A stretch of 64,000 nt of DNA from a virus. Taxonomy: Duplodnaviria; Caudoviricetes. The position numbers were made by a program, and so were the translations under genes. Below, piece by piece: positions 41,806 through 52,120 of this stretch. The stretch spans positions 1 to 64,000 of IMG/VR virus record IMGVR_UViG_3300021400_001692, one strand, 5' to 3'. Numbering within the stretch: the stretch's first letter is position 1; each line of letters opens with the position of its first letter. The notes below the pieces were generated by a model, which made no database searches, had not been told where the DNA came from, and saw only the letters and a list, made by a program, of their open reading frames with translations.

Positions 41806-44800
41806 TTACGCCCTGTATGGAATGACTCCCGAGCAGAGGGATGTGTATTTGTCACAGTATGACATGATGTCTCCTGGCATCACGCACTATGATCCTTTGC
41901 GCGTGTCAGCCTATACTGGCGGTAACATGCCTGGGCTTCCTCCGGCGCAGTACCTTACTCCGGCAAGCTATGGGCTTTTCAGGACTCCGCCGGCATACGA
42001 CCACACTATCATCCCGACAGCGCAGCAAGGGTTTATGCGTAACCTGATGATAGCCACAAACGGATTTGGTACTGGATTTTTGCCGTATAACCCTGCTGTA
42101 AATCCAGTAACTTATGAAGTTGATTCCCGCAGGCAGCTTCTTGACAAGTCTGTGGCCTTCGGTACCTCTATGGCCGGACTTCCGCTTGACATGGCGCAAA
42201 GCGCGGCGTGGGGCTTAGCTGGCAAGGGGTTGGCTAAAGCTTTCGGGCTTGGAGCAATTGCCACTCCAATAGGCTTGGCTGCTGGTATTGCCATGCCTAT
42301 GCTTGGGGCTACTTTTAGTTTAGGGGATGCCATTGCTGATCGCATACGAGAGACGCGTGCGATTCAGTATGCCACTCGTTCAAAGATAACGTCTGGTCCG
42401 GATTTGGACCAGGCTACGGGCATGGGCTTTTCAACCAGGGCGGCTCGAGACATTGACAGGTTTATCCGCAAGTCTGCCATACATGACTTTCTATTCAAGG
42501 AAGATGATTACCGCAGCATGCTCAATGTCGGCATGCAGGAGGGCATGTTTGACTTCGCCAACACTGCAGAGCAGTACAAGGATAAGCTTAAGCAGCTGCG
42601 CAAGGTGACGTCACAGGTAATGGACGTTATCGGCTCGTCTGACTTTAAGGATATTGTTAAGCATCTTAAGCGGTTGCAAGATGTTGGCATCACGAATATG
42701 GCCAGCCAGGTGAGCACGATACGCCGAGAAGGCGTACTTGCCAGGGCAGCAGGCATATCGCATGCCCAGCTTGTCGAGCAATATGTGAAGCCTGGCATGA
42801 TGATGTACCAGCAGCTTGGGCTTGATCCGCTGCGTGGCGGTGAGGCTATGGCTGCGAATGCCGCCATGTTTGAAACAATGCGTAGGCAGGGGCTCATATC
42901 GCCTGCTCAGCTTGCCCGCATGGGCGGCATGTCCGGCGCTGTTCAGGCAGTTACCGAAACTACGGCCAGGACGCAGCGTACTTTGATGGACTATATGATT
43001 CCATATGTGTCCAACCAGAGCGCCACAGGCATAGACATGAACCGCTTTGACGAGCTGTATAATGGCCTGATGAGCGGAAAGATGGGGCATGGCGACTTGG
43101 TGCGCGGCGGCACTAGCAGGATGGCTAATGATCCTAAGTTTAACTTGCTGCAGCGTATGAACCATGCTGACCTTACGACAAAGCTTGCTGATGCTGTGCC
43201 GCAGACGAAGCTTGACCAGATGACTTTGCTTATTGCGCATAAGATGGGCGAAGAGATGGCTAAGGGCATGGGCATACAGCTGGATAGGTATCAGCAGACC
43301 CAGCTTGGCTTGCAGAAGATGGGTTATACAGAAGACCAGGCCCGCCTTTTCCACTCAAGAGTTGTAAACGCTCCCATGGAAGAAGCCATGCGCGCCCAGG
43401 AGCGCCGTGAAGCACGGCTGAAGGAGCTTAATGAAGAGCATCGCCAGAAAACGTATAATGAAGGACTGGGAGGCGTGATACCGATCCTTAAAGGACTTGG
43501 CAATACAATAACCGAGGCTTTTATGGGGATAGGCGGGCTGCATGATAAGTATGTCGGGCTGAGTGACAAATTGGGGTTGACTGTAGGTCGGCAAGATGAT
43601 GGAAGGCTCCCGGCCAGTGCCTATAATGCGTACTTTGGCGGAGGTGACCGTGGAGCTTTAGGGCTAGCTAACTTTGCAGGGGTTGAGTTAAAGCGTAGAA
43701 ATTTAGGAAGCGCCCTGCTTGCTGCAGAGCGGTGGATGGAGGCTAATGGGATAAAATACCAGATAACAGGAGGCCACAAAGCAGTAGGAAAAGATGCACT
43801 AGAAGAGTATTATCAGGGTAAGTATGATAAGCTACCTACAGTTTTTACAAGAAAGGATGGTAGTAAGTATAAAGCCATTGATTGCTCAGCCTTTGCTTCG
43901 GCTGTTGGCATGCACGTAGCACATGCCATGGATATCGACATGGAAAGCGCTACTCAGCTCTTTTTTAAGAAGCAAGGTAATCAGTTTGTACCGCGCACAT
44001 CAATGGAAATATTGGACGCGGTGTCTGCCGGCGGGGCTGAATTGTTAGACATGTCTAAGGAGGAGAATTGGGTACGCGAAGGCGTTGTTGTTGGCTTTGA
44101 TGGAGATATAGCGCGCGGTATTGGCGGAGATATAGGAAACATAGATCACGTTGGCTATTGGACTATGGAAAATGGGAAACCGGTGTTTATACATCGGGGT
44201 GCGCGGACAACTAGGATGTCTAAGGAGCGGTTTTTCAAATACTACAGCCAGTACCACTTTGAGCTTTCAGCAGACAAAGCTAAGGAGCATAAGTTTTCCG
44301 GTGATATTGTAAAATATAATGCAGGAAAGCTCGGTACGCTTACTTTTAGAAAAAATGACAAAGGCGGATATGTTTCAGACGCGGTTAACTTACTAGCGAG
44401 CGGCGGTATATTTGCTGCTGATTTGGCAAGGTGGAATAATATATACAGGTCGCAAAATCCGGTAAAGTCTCAGGAGCAGCGTGAGCAAATAAGAAAGAAT
44501 CAAGAAGCCGCTTTTAAGCAGGCTATTGGGATGCTTGAGCCTAGGGGAAATGTAGGTATTGTGGACATAGCAAAACAGTTTGCTATCAATTTGCCATTGA
44601 AAAAACTAGGGGACGGGGAAGTTATCCTGGATATGATTGGCACAAAGGAGGCTAAGAGCCCGAAAGAATACCTTGCTCAGCAGGGATATGGTTACCTGTA
44701 TGACATTATAGATAGCATGACTGCTGGTAAAGCGCTTTTTGATTATAATCAAATACGTAAGGAGGGTCCTGATAAAGTTAGGGACAGCATGAAAAAGCGG

Positions 44801-45847
44801 TTAAAGGCTCTTAATGTTGACGTAGATAAGCTTGATGAGTTTCTTTCGAAGAATACTGATTATGAGAAGTTAACACTGTCTGCCTTAAAAAAGGCTATGG
44901 GGGAAAAGAAATTAGTTCTTCCTAAAGGCGTGTCTCTTGATGATGTGCAAAAATATGCCTTTGCGGCGTTGTCCGGTGATGATTCTTTTCAAGCTAGCAT
45001 GAAAAGGCAGTTTGATAAGTTTTACTCATCTACACCTGCGACAAACGCTTCTGCCGCTATGTTGGAACGCCTTGGTATAAAAACGGACTCTCAAGAGGCA
45101 AAAGAATTTACAGAGTTTTTTCATAGTGTTACACGGGAACATGCGCCTAATGTCCGCGGCTTTGGAATATTGCCGTTTATTATAAGTACAATAAAAAACA
45201 AAAATGGTTCCATATCTGAAAAAGACTATAATTCTATAGTTGAGTATTTAGGGCTCTCTGGGAGAGGGATAGACACCAAAAAATTGGCGTCTGAGACAAA
45301 TTTAACTAAAATTCTTGATACGCTTGGACTGAGTGATCTTTATAAGCAGAAGCAAATCAATATTGACCGTATTGCTGGTATGCTCGACACTGGAAGTAGA
45401 GCTTCAGTGAATAATGGCCTGCAAGTGGCCCAGGCAATGGAAGCTTCTTCTGCCGCTGAAAAATATAGGCTTTTGGCGCCATTTATGTACGTACAGTGGC
45501 TAAGCGGTAAGTCTCTCACGCAAGACGTGTTAAAAACCGAGGCGTCTCAGCGTGAGTATTTAGAGGAAGGCCTGAACAAAGTCGCAGGGCTAAGTCTTGC
45601 TGATACTCAGATAACAGGGATGATCCTCAACCCAGAGCAGCTAAGAAACTTTGGACTTATAGATCAAGTCGGAGACTCTCCTAACTCGACATCCCCGGTA
45701 GACAAGCCCGGTGAGAAATCAGCACCATTCTCTGGAGACCTTACTGCTATTTCTGATATGGCAAGGCGCGCATCTACTCCCGGGCTCGGAATCTGGGTTA
45801 ACATCAATAATGCTGGTGGAAACAGCGGTGGAATAGATTTGAAATGA
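41789..45847 (+). CDS. Tape measure protein with internal NlpC/P60 peptidase domain
   Basis: 1352 aa after G/GT; helical; YQITGG...DCSAF...PRTS...HVG...FIH. Confidence 0.8.
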   Translation: MLTPASYALYGMTPEQRDVYLSQYDMMSPGITHYDPLRVSAYTGGNMPGLPPAQYLTPASYGLFRTPPAYDHTIIPTAQQGFMRNLMIATNGFGTGFLPYNPAVNPVTYEVDSRRQLLDKSVAFGTSMAGLPLDMAQSAAWGLAGKGLAKAFGLGAIATPIGLAAGIAMPMLGATFSLGDAIADRIRETRAIQYATRSKITSGPDLDQATGMGFSTRAARDIDRFIRKSAIHDFLFKEDDYRSMLNVGMQEGMFDFANTAEQYKDKLKQLRKVTSQVMDVIGSSDFKDIVKHLKRLQDVGITNMASQVSTIRREGVLARAAGISHAQLVEQYVKPGMMMYQQLGLDPLRGGEAMAANAAMFETMRRQGLISPAQLARMGGMSGAVQAVTETTARTQRTLMDYMIPYVSNQSATGIDMNRFDELYNGLMSGKMGHGDLVRGGTSRMANDPKFNLLQRMNHADLTTKLADAVPQTKLDQMTLLIAHKMGEEMAKGMGIQLDRYQQTQLGLQKMGYTEDQARLFHSRVVNAPMEEAMRAQERREARLKELNEEHRQKTYNEGLGGVIPILKGLGNTITEAFMGIGGLHDKYVGLSDKLGLTVGRQDDGRLPASAYNAYFGGGDRGALGLANFAGVELKRRNLGSALLAAERWMEANGIKYQITGGHKAVGKDALEEYYQGKYDKLPTVFTRKDGSKYKAIDCSAFASAVGMHVAHAMDIDMESATQLFFKKQGNQFVPRTSMEILDAVSAGGAELLDMSKEENWVREGVVVGFDGDIARGIGGDIGNIDHVGYWTMENGKPVFIHRGARTTRMSKERFFKYYSQYHFELSADKAKEHKFSGDIVKYNAGKLGTLTFRKNDKGGYVSDAVNLLASGGIFAADLARWNNIYRSQNPVKSQEQREQIRKNQEAAFKQAIGMLEPRGNVGIVDIAKQFAINLPLKKLGDGEVILDMIGTKEAKSPKEYLAQQGYGYLYDIIDSMTAGKALFDYNQIRKEGPDKVRDSMKKRLKALNVDVDKLDEFLSKNTDYEKLTLSALKKAMGEKKLVLPKGVSLDDVQKYAFAALSGDDSFQASMKRQFDKFYSSTPATNASAAMLERLGIKTDSQEAKEFTEFFHSVTREHAPNVRGFGILPFIISTIKNKNGSISEKDYNSIVEYLGLSGRGIDTKKLASETNLTKILDTLGLSDLYKQKQINIDRIAGMLDTGSRASVNNGLQVAQAMEASSAAEKYRLLAPFMYVQWLSGKSLTQDVLKTEASQREYLEEGLNKVAGLSLADTQITGMILNPEQLRNFGLIDQVGDSPNSTSPVDKPGEKSAPFSGDLTAISDMARRASTPGLGIWVNINNAGGNSGGIDLK

Positions 45848-46581
45848 ATTCCATAGGCAATGCGATATTACAGCATATAGGTGTTAGTCCTGTCGCTGAA
45901 GGTACTAATAAGGCGACGGGTAAGCAGTCCGTATTTGAGCATGGATACATACCTACTTCGGACGCTGCTACTCTGAGCATGCAGGGTAAAGCGTACTTTA
46001 GGGGGCCGAACTCAGTGTTCTGGGAGATGATAATTACTGAGTTTAGCGAAGACCATAATGAGAAGTACGCGCTGCATGATACGCACGCCCACGCGTATCT
46101 CATGCATGCTATGGGGGCTCAGCCTATCAATGTACGGATTACAGGATACCTTGCGTCTGGCAGGGACGTTGACCACCGCGTACAATTTCTAAAGCGCTAT
46201 TTTGGGGAATACACCCCGCGGGTCACAGATAAGCCAAACTACGATTTGCAGGTTGTTATTAAGCACACTACTTTTAACATGCTTATTACACAGCTTGTCG
46301 TTAATGAGAGTAATGAGCTTGAGGATTTTACGACGGTGTCATTAGAGGGGCTTGCTTATAATTATAATCAGGACAATGGCGATAAGCTATTGTATGAGTA
46401 TGATAATCAGCTGCACGAATCTACAGATAACCCAACTTTTCAAAGCCCTAAAGGTGCATCGCTCGTGAAGAAGGATGGAGCGCAGGACGCATCGGCTTAT
46501 AATGCTAAGGCAGTTTCTTTAGCAGCGCCGTCACAGGGTAATGGATTTCCGAATAGCCGGGTAACTAAGCTTACGGAGTAG
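45844..46581 (+). CDS. Baseplate/tail tube initiator-like protein
   Basis: 245 aa after the tape measure; tube-like beta motifs (PINVRITGYL). Confidence 0.5.
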   Translation: MNSIGNAILQHIGVSPVAEGTNKATGKQSVFEHGYIPTSDAATLSMQGKAYFRGPNSVFWEMIITEFSEDHNEKYALHDTHAHAYLMHAMGAQPINVRITGYLASGRDVDHRVQFLKRYFGEYTPRVTDKPNYDLQVVIKHTTFNMLITQLVVNESNELEDFTTVSLEGLAYNYNQDNGDKLLYEYDNQLHESTDNPTFQSPKGASLVKKDGAQDASAYNAKAVSLAAPSQGNGFPNSRVTKLTE

Positions 46582-46583
46582 CC

Positions 46584-47366
46584 ATGGAAGAGCCTCTAGC
46601 TACAGCATCTTTGATAAAGCCTACGAAGGCTGCGGCAAAGGCAGCCGTTGATAAGACCGTAAGCCCTATACTTAGCAAGATAAATGACGCCGTACAAAAG
46701 GTTGTCACTCCGCTCAGCAGGGCTGTTGATTCTGTTTATACGGATAAAACAAGCCAGTCACGGTACGACTACCGCAGCAAATATAACGATGATGGCAGTT
46801 ACTACGCCACTCCGTTTCAAGGCCCCTATTCCATAGATTTTTCTGGAAGGGCAAGGATTATAGCGCACTATAGAGAATTGGACATAGACCTTGTTCTGAC
46901 GAGCATGGATTTAACCCTTGCGGATCATTTACAGGTGGAGTCGCATCAGGGTGATACATACAGCACTCTTGTTTTTGGGAAGAGCCCAGCGCAAGCAACG
47001 TGCACGGGTGTCTTGCCGGAAACACCTGATAATTACGGCCGCGTAAACATGGCAAATGCATATAAAAACATATTGCGGCTGTATGCTGTTTCCCGTTCCG
47101 GGGAAGTACCTGTGCTTCGCGTTAAGGGCATAGATATTTATGGACCCTGGACTACCATGACTATGACGGACCGTTCTGATTCTGAGGATACGGTTGACGT
47201 AACTTTTACCATAGCTGTGACTAAAATACAGGCTGTAGGGGATACAAACTTTGTCATGGCTGATTATGAGAATGGTGAGCACCTTGAGGCTTTTGGGGTA
47301 GATGCCAGCATAACGGATAAGCTTCCGAAGGGCGCTGACTTTATTAAGACGGTGTGGCCGAAATGA
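46584..47366 (+). CDS. Baseplate/tail tube initiator-like protein
   Basis: 260 aa; VFGKSPAQATCTGVL tube-like motif. Confidence 0.5.
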   Translation: MEEPLATASLIKPTKAAAKAAVDKTVSPILSKINDAVQKVVTPLSRAVDSVYTDKTSQSRYDYRSKYNDDGSYYATPFQGPYSIDFSGRARIIAHYRELDIDLVLTSMDLTLADHLQVESHQGDTYSTLVFGKSPAQATCTGVLPETPDNYGRVNMANAYKNILRLYAVSRSGEVPVLRVKGIDIYGPWTTMTMTDRSDSEDTVDVTFTIAVTKIQAVGDTNFVMADYENGEHLEAFGVDASITDKLPKGADFIKTVWPK

Positions 47367-50300
47367 ATACATATCTTGCAGATACGAAGGTTTATATTGC
47401 TGGTGTTCTTATGCCGTGCATCCAGGTTACTATCCAGAGTACGGTAAACCAGCCTCCACAAGCTACCATAGTTGTTCCGGCTGATGCCAGGCTTTTTGAT
47501 GTCGGCCGCAACGACCGTGTTCCTGTGCACATTTTCCAGAAAGACGTGTATGGCGTTGACGCGGACGACTATACTAGGGATTACCTGCTTCTTTTCGAGG
47601 GGCAGATAACAGCCAGGACGTATATGTCGTCTGCCTTTCAACGCGCCATTTCTTTTCAGGCTGTTGGCGTAATTGCCATGCTGGACGATTACCGCATTCA
47701 GTATGTGAATCAGATGACTGACATATTCCAGTACGCTAAAAGCAACATGATAGTGGATGCTGCAGCCTACCCTGGCGTGTATTCGTTTCCTGAATGCTTC
47801 ATGCTGCAAGGGCTTCCTGATAGAAATAGCAAAGACGAAGCAGACGCAATAGAATTCCCCTACGAGTATATACAGAACGTATTTAACTACATGGCCAGCG
47901 GACATTCTAATGAGCTGTACAAGCGTACCGCCTATTCTGTTTTTTACAGTGGCGAGGCAGAGCGCCTTAAGCTCATTCGCGAGAAGGAAGAAGGAAAGCG
48001 CAGATACCTGAAGGTTCCTTTCTTTGACGAACTTAAGGAAGGTAAAGAATACGTCTGGCAAACAAAAGAGGGCGAAAAGAATGTTTCCGCCGTGTTCTTT
48101 CCCATTATGGCTGGTCTTAAAAAGAAGATTACCGTAACCGAGCTAACCAACGCCTTTACCGGGCAAACGCAGAAGCTTAGCACGGCCATGGATTTGATTA
48201 AGTATATGCTTGATCCGTTGGAGTTTGAGTTTGCTATGCCTGCCTCTCCTGTTTATTGCAAGACAAAGGAGGCCGTCTCGTCTTCAACGTCTGAAAATAG
48301 TAGCGCTGCAGAAGATGAGTCCAGGAAGAATGCAGAGGATGCCAGGGAGGAGGCTAAGGCGTCCCAGCAGGAAAAAGCCAAGGAGGAGAAACCGTCAGCA
48401 ACGCCTTCTGATAAGGAAAAGAAGGCGGCACTGGATAAGGCAACTGAGGAAGCTGGGAAAAGAAATGAGCAGCTCAGTGCGGCTTCTTTAGATAAGGCAA
48501 AGAAAAGGATTGCTGATTTTAAAAAGGAAGCTTCTGAAGCACAAGGCAAAGCGGATGGTACCAGTGGTACTGAGAGCCTAAGTTTTAAGCTGTCAATGCA
48601 GCAAAGCTTACTTGCGGCAGCCCAGGATAGGTTCGATGTATCAGACACTGCAGTGCGTCTAAATTATGCGGGAGCTGCTTACGCAGCTAATAGATATATA
48701 CTCAGTGGGCACGTAACAAAAAGTATAGATGTTGAGGCTCGCTTTTCTGCATATAAGGAGTCTCTTGGGCGCCAGCGTGCGTATGTAGAAGAGCGCCTTG
48801 CCGATATGCGCGACATAGAAAGCCAGATGCTTAAAAGAAAGGAGGATCTTGGTCGGCGGTGGCAAGAAGTCGGAGGGATAAGTTCCATGCTGGAAAAATG
48901 GGAGCAGGAAGAGCTTAATAAGTATTTCGAAGCTACTCCTCCAAATGCTAAGGCGCGTAGCGCTATTGTGCAAGGTGAAGCGGATCTTAAAAAGATTGAT
49001 GCTGAGCAGCAGGCGGCAGACTCGCTTATGCAAGCATACAAAAAAGCTAAGAGCGATAACGAGGCCAAGGCTAAAAAAGCAGAGCAGGAAGCTAAGGCTG
49101 GGCAATCGCAAGCTGAAACACCAAAAGCTGAGCAGCAGCAGGCTGAGACGCCCAAAGCCGATGCTGAGCAATCACAGGCAGGGGCCGGGCAGTCCCAGGT
49201 AGGGGCCGGGCAGTCACAAGAAAAAACGAAAGAGATAACCTCTCTGGGCACTTGCTATCTTAAGCCAATACTCTCTGAGTCTATACCGCCGCAGTGCAAT
49301 GTTATTTTTAGGTCGCAGGTGCTTAGCATTTCGGCTAATGAAAACTTTGCGCGGCCTGTAACTCGTGTGCGCGTACCTGATGTCGGCACTCCTATGTCTA
49401 CATTGCGGGCTGATGGGGCCACTGATGAGGACTTTCTAAGAGATGCGACTACGCGGTTTTACCCGCAGGAAGAAGGTGTAACTGAAGAATGGCTTAACAC
49501 TCCTGAGGCTTTCAAGGGCATGACCAGAAATATGCTCGAAATGGAGAAGTACGTCGGCCCCTTTGTGCAGGAAGTAGGTACTCCGGCATGGTGGGGGTGG
49601 TGCCGCGAGAGGATAATGACATGCGAGGATGAAGACGTTGAAAAGTATATGGTGATGCAGATGGGCCTTTGCCACAGGCAGCTTCTGCAGTTCCGCTATG
49701 CACAGCGCCGCTTATCCGTGTCCATATCTTTTGATCCGTTTATTGCCGTTGGGTATCCAGCCGTAGTGTTTGACGAAGCTGATACCGGGCTTGCCTTTGC
49801 TGGGTATGTAATGTCCGTATCTCATAATATCGACAACTCTACTCAGGGCATGACAACTAATATTGAGCTTGGGTATGTACGCTTGCTTGGCGAAGCCTGC
49901 ACAATGAACATTATACATCCGGTTCAGCATTTGCAGGAGCTGTATCACAACCCTGAAAAAATGACAGAGATTTATAACAGGTTGCTTGGGAAGGATATTC
50001 CGGAGGAAAAGCAGGAGCAGGCTGATGATAAGGGGGGCGTTGTCAGCAAAGCCATTGATCAGGCCACTAATGCTGTATCTGCTGTGCAGGAGAGGATTGA
50101 CAAAAGCAGTGCTAATAGAAGCAAGGATCAGATGCCTGGCGCTTTAGCTATGACGTTTAACCAAATTGCTGAGAAGTGGGCCTTTGAAGAGGGTGATTCA
50201 GGAAGCCCGCAGCGCAGTGTTGATGAGGCTTATAAGTTGCATCGCCGTAACATTTGCACATTTAAGCAGTACATGGATTTTATGGGGCTGCATTACGTTG

Positions 50301-51046
50301 AGGAGGTTATTACCGGTGATGAGCCTACCGTAGTACGTTTTGGAGAGAATCCAAGCAATGATGATTGCGATGATAAAGGAAATCCTAAGCCGGAGTTCCT
50401 TGAAAAATGCTATATTTTAAGGCGACGTCCTTTAGTGTATTACGAAAAGGCGCCGAAGGAAGAAGAGGAGAAAAAGAGTAGCGAGGCAAAGGGGGATGAT
50501 TCTAAGCCCGCCGCCTCAGCCGAGCCAGGCTCTGATGAATGGTATAATAATGTCGATAAGATGACCGATGCCGAGAAGGAGGCTAAAAAGAAAGAGCTTG
50601 ATGACGCTTTAGCTAAAAAAGAGGCGCGTATAAAGGCGGACAAAGACACCAGCGTAGCCCAGCTAGCCGAAGCAAAAGCAAACCAGGAGCACGCGAGCGT
50701 TTTGGATGACAAAGAGTGGTATGACAGGTCGTCTGCCGAGGCTGCTTGTAATCAGGCAGCTATTAGCGGCTATGACGTTATGCTTGAACGTGCCCGCGCT
50801 GAACACGATACCAAGGTAGCTTTGCTTGAGGGTAGGGCTCCGAAGTATACTGAGGATCAAATAGTTGAAATGTCTCATCGGCACATGGCGTATTTGGGAG
50901 ATGTTCGTGATAACGCCAATAAGCTTGAACCTGCTCGGGCTGATGAGATTACTAAGAAATTCAATAGTACTATTAAAAATATTCGTAGTCAAGCGGATAC
51001 TGCCCTTAAAATACATAAGGCAGCAACACAAAGAGCCAAGAGGTAA
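47354..51046 (+). CDS. Baseplate hub protein (gp27-like) with large charged insertions
   Basis: 1230 aa; hub-like N-terminus (VYIAGV, PPQATIVVP, LFEGQI) and later FDPFIAVGYPAVV...YVMSVSH; coiled-coil inserts. Confidence 0.6.
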   Translation: MAEMNTYLADTKVYIAGVLMPCIQVTIQSTVNQPPQATIVVPADARLFDVGRNDRVPVHIFQKDVYGVDADDYTRDYLLLFEGQITARTYMSSAFQRAISFQAVGVIAMLDDYRIQYVNQMTDIFQYAKSNMIVDAAAYPGVYSFPECFMLQGLPDRNSKDEADAIEFPYEYIQNVFNYMASGHSNELYKRTAYSVFYSGEAERLKLIREKEEGKRRYLKVPFFDELKEGKEYVWQTKEGEKNVSAVFFPIMAGLKKKITVTELTNAFTGQTQKLSTAMDLIKYMLDPLEFEFAMPASPVYCKTKEAVSSSTSENSSAAEDESRKNAEDAREEAKASQQEKAKEEKPSATPSDKEKKAALDKATEEAGKRNEQLSAASLDKAKKRIADFKKEASEAQGKADGTSGTESLSFKLSMQQSLLAAAQDRFDVSDTAVRLNYAGAAYAANRYILSGHVTKSIDVEARFSAYKESLGRQRAYVEERLADMRDIESQMLKRKEDLGRRWQEVGGISSMLEKWEQEELNKYFEATPPNAKARSAIVQGEADLKKIDAEQQAADSLMQAYKKAKSDNEAKAKKAEQEAKAGQSQAETPKAEQQQAETPKADAEQSQAGAGQSQVGAGQSQEKTKEITSLGTCYLKPILSESIPPQCNVIFRSQVLSISANENFARPVTRVRVPDVGTPMSTLRADGATDEDFLRDATTRFYPQEEGVTEEWLNTPEAFKGMTRNMLEMEKYVGPFVQEVGTPAWWGWCRERIMTCEDEDVEKYMVMQMGLCHRQLLQFRYAQRRLSVSISFDPFIAVGYPAVVFDEADTGLAFAGYVMSVSHNIDNSTQGMTTNIELGYVRLLGEACTMNIIHPVQHLQELYHNPEKMTEIYNRLLGKDIPEEKQEQADDKGGVVSKAIDQATNAVSAVQERIDKSSANRSKDQMPGALAMTFNQIAEKWAFEEGDSGSPQRSVDEAYKLHRRNICTFKQYMDFMGLHYVEEVITGDEPTVVRFGENPSNDDCDDKGNPKPEFLEKCYILRRRPLVYYEKAPKEEEEKKSSEAKGDDSKPAASAEPGSDEWYNNVDKMTDAEKEAKKKELDDALAKKEARIKADKDTSVAQLAEAKANQEHASVLDDKEWYDRSSAEAACNQAAISGYDVMLERARAEHDTKVALLEGRAPKYTEDQIVEMSHRHMAYLGDVRDNANKLEPARADEITKKFNSTIKNIRSQADTALKIHKAATQRAKR

Positions 51047-51049
51047 ATT

Positions 51050-52009
51050 ATGGATGACAGACATTTTCCAAAAAACGCATTGCCCGCACCTGCACCTAAT
51101 AAGACAGATCCAAAGCTTTCATTGCCGAAGGCTGAGGCAAAACCTGCACCTGCACAGCAGCCTGCTAGGGCAGCACAGGCGTCTGAGCCTGTTAAAGCTC
51201 CGAGCCAGACCCCTGTATATAAATTGTCTGCAGATTACGCCTCTATAGTTCGTAGAGAGACGCAGAATAGCCAGTATAATTCTGAAATACCGAATAAGCT
51301 TGTTGCCGCTTCAAATAAATATGGTGTCGACCCGCAGATTATCTTCGCTATTGTCCATAAGGAATCTAATGGCAGGCACTATATAACAAACCAAGATAAA
51401 CGTAGGGGTGAGGATATTGGTAGATCTGATATACGGGTAATCAACAACGTATCCAAAAATGGTAAGTATTTAAATAAAGACGGGTCACGTGATATCGGTG
51501 TTATGCAGATAAACACCATACATACTGTCGGTAAATACAGACGGATAACATTAAATGAGCTGTTAGATGTCGATAAGAACATCAATTATGGTGTAAAGTA
51601 TTATAGCGAATTAGAGCAGCGTTATCACGGGGATGCCGCGCTCGCCGTTGTTGCCTATGGAATGGGGCCAGGAGGCGTGGATGCTTGGCTTAGAGGTGAG
51701 GGACAGCTTAGTTCAGACATGCGAAACCGCGTTAAGGAGTTTTTTGGCATTGAGCTTCCGCAGGATGGCAGGCAGTATAAGCGCGGCAAATATAGCTATG
51801 CGGGGGGCAGCGGTAGCAGCAGTTACCCTGCTAGCGAGGCAGAATCGGAAATTGGCCCGGTACAGATTTCTAAATTATGTATAAAAGAAGGGGCGCTTGA
51901 ATTTGCGCCGCCAGAGAAAGAGCAGAAATACAAGGCAAAAGAAGAGCCTTGTGTTACTATTTTGCAGACTGTAGCAACGCTTGCCTTCCGCAAGCACATT
52001 TACGCATAG
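51050..52009 (+). CDS. Lytic transglycosylase (SLT domain), virion-associated
   Basis: YGVDPQIIFAIVHKES (catalytic Glu), DIGVMQIN, NINYGVKYY, AYGMGPG. Confidence 0.88.
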   Translation: MDDRHFPKNALPAPAPNKTDPKLSLPKAEAKPAPAQQPARAAQASEPVKAPSQTPVYKLSADYASIVRRETQNSQYNSEIPNKLVAASNKYGVDPQIIFAIVHKESNGRHYITNQDKRRGEDIGRSDIRVINNVSKNGKYLNKDGSRDIGVMQINTIHTVGKYRRITLNELLDVDKNINYGVKYYSELEQRYHGDAALAVVAYGMGPGGVDAWLRGEGQLSSDMRNRVKEFFGIELPQDGRQYKRGKYSYAGGSGSSSYPASEAESEIGPVQISKLCIKEGALEFAPPEKEQKYKAKEEPCVTILQTVATLAFRKHIYA

Positions 52010-52010
52010 C

Positions 52011-52037
52011 TAAAACAAAACAGCCTGGCTGTTTTGT
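52011..52037. terminator. Terminator-like hairpin preceded by ATAGCTAAAA
   Basis: AAAACAGC-CTG-GCTGTTTT. Confidence 0.55.
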
Positions 52038-52087
52038 GTTCTCTGTGTCCCTTGCAGGACACTGCTTTCGCCATGATTTTCAATGCC

Positions 52088-52104
52088 CAGCCTGGCAATA
52101 TTTA
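52088..52104 (+). promoter_or_regulatory. Putative late promoter (CAGCCTGGCAATATTTA)
   Basis: Motif directly upstream of the sigma factor gene. Confidence 0.65.
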
Positions 52105-52120
52105 CCAGAGGTGAATTGCC

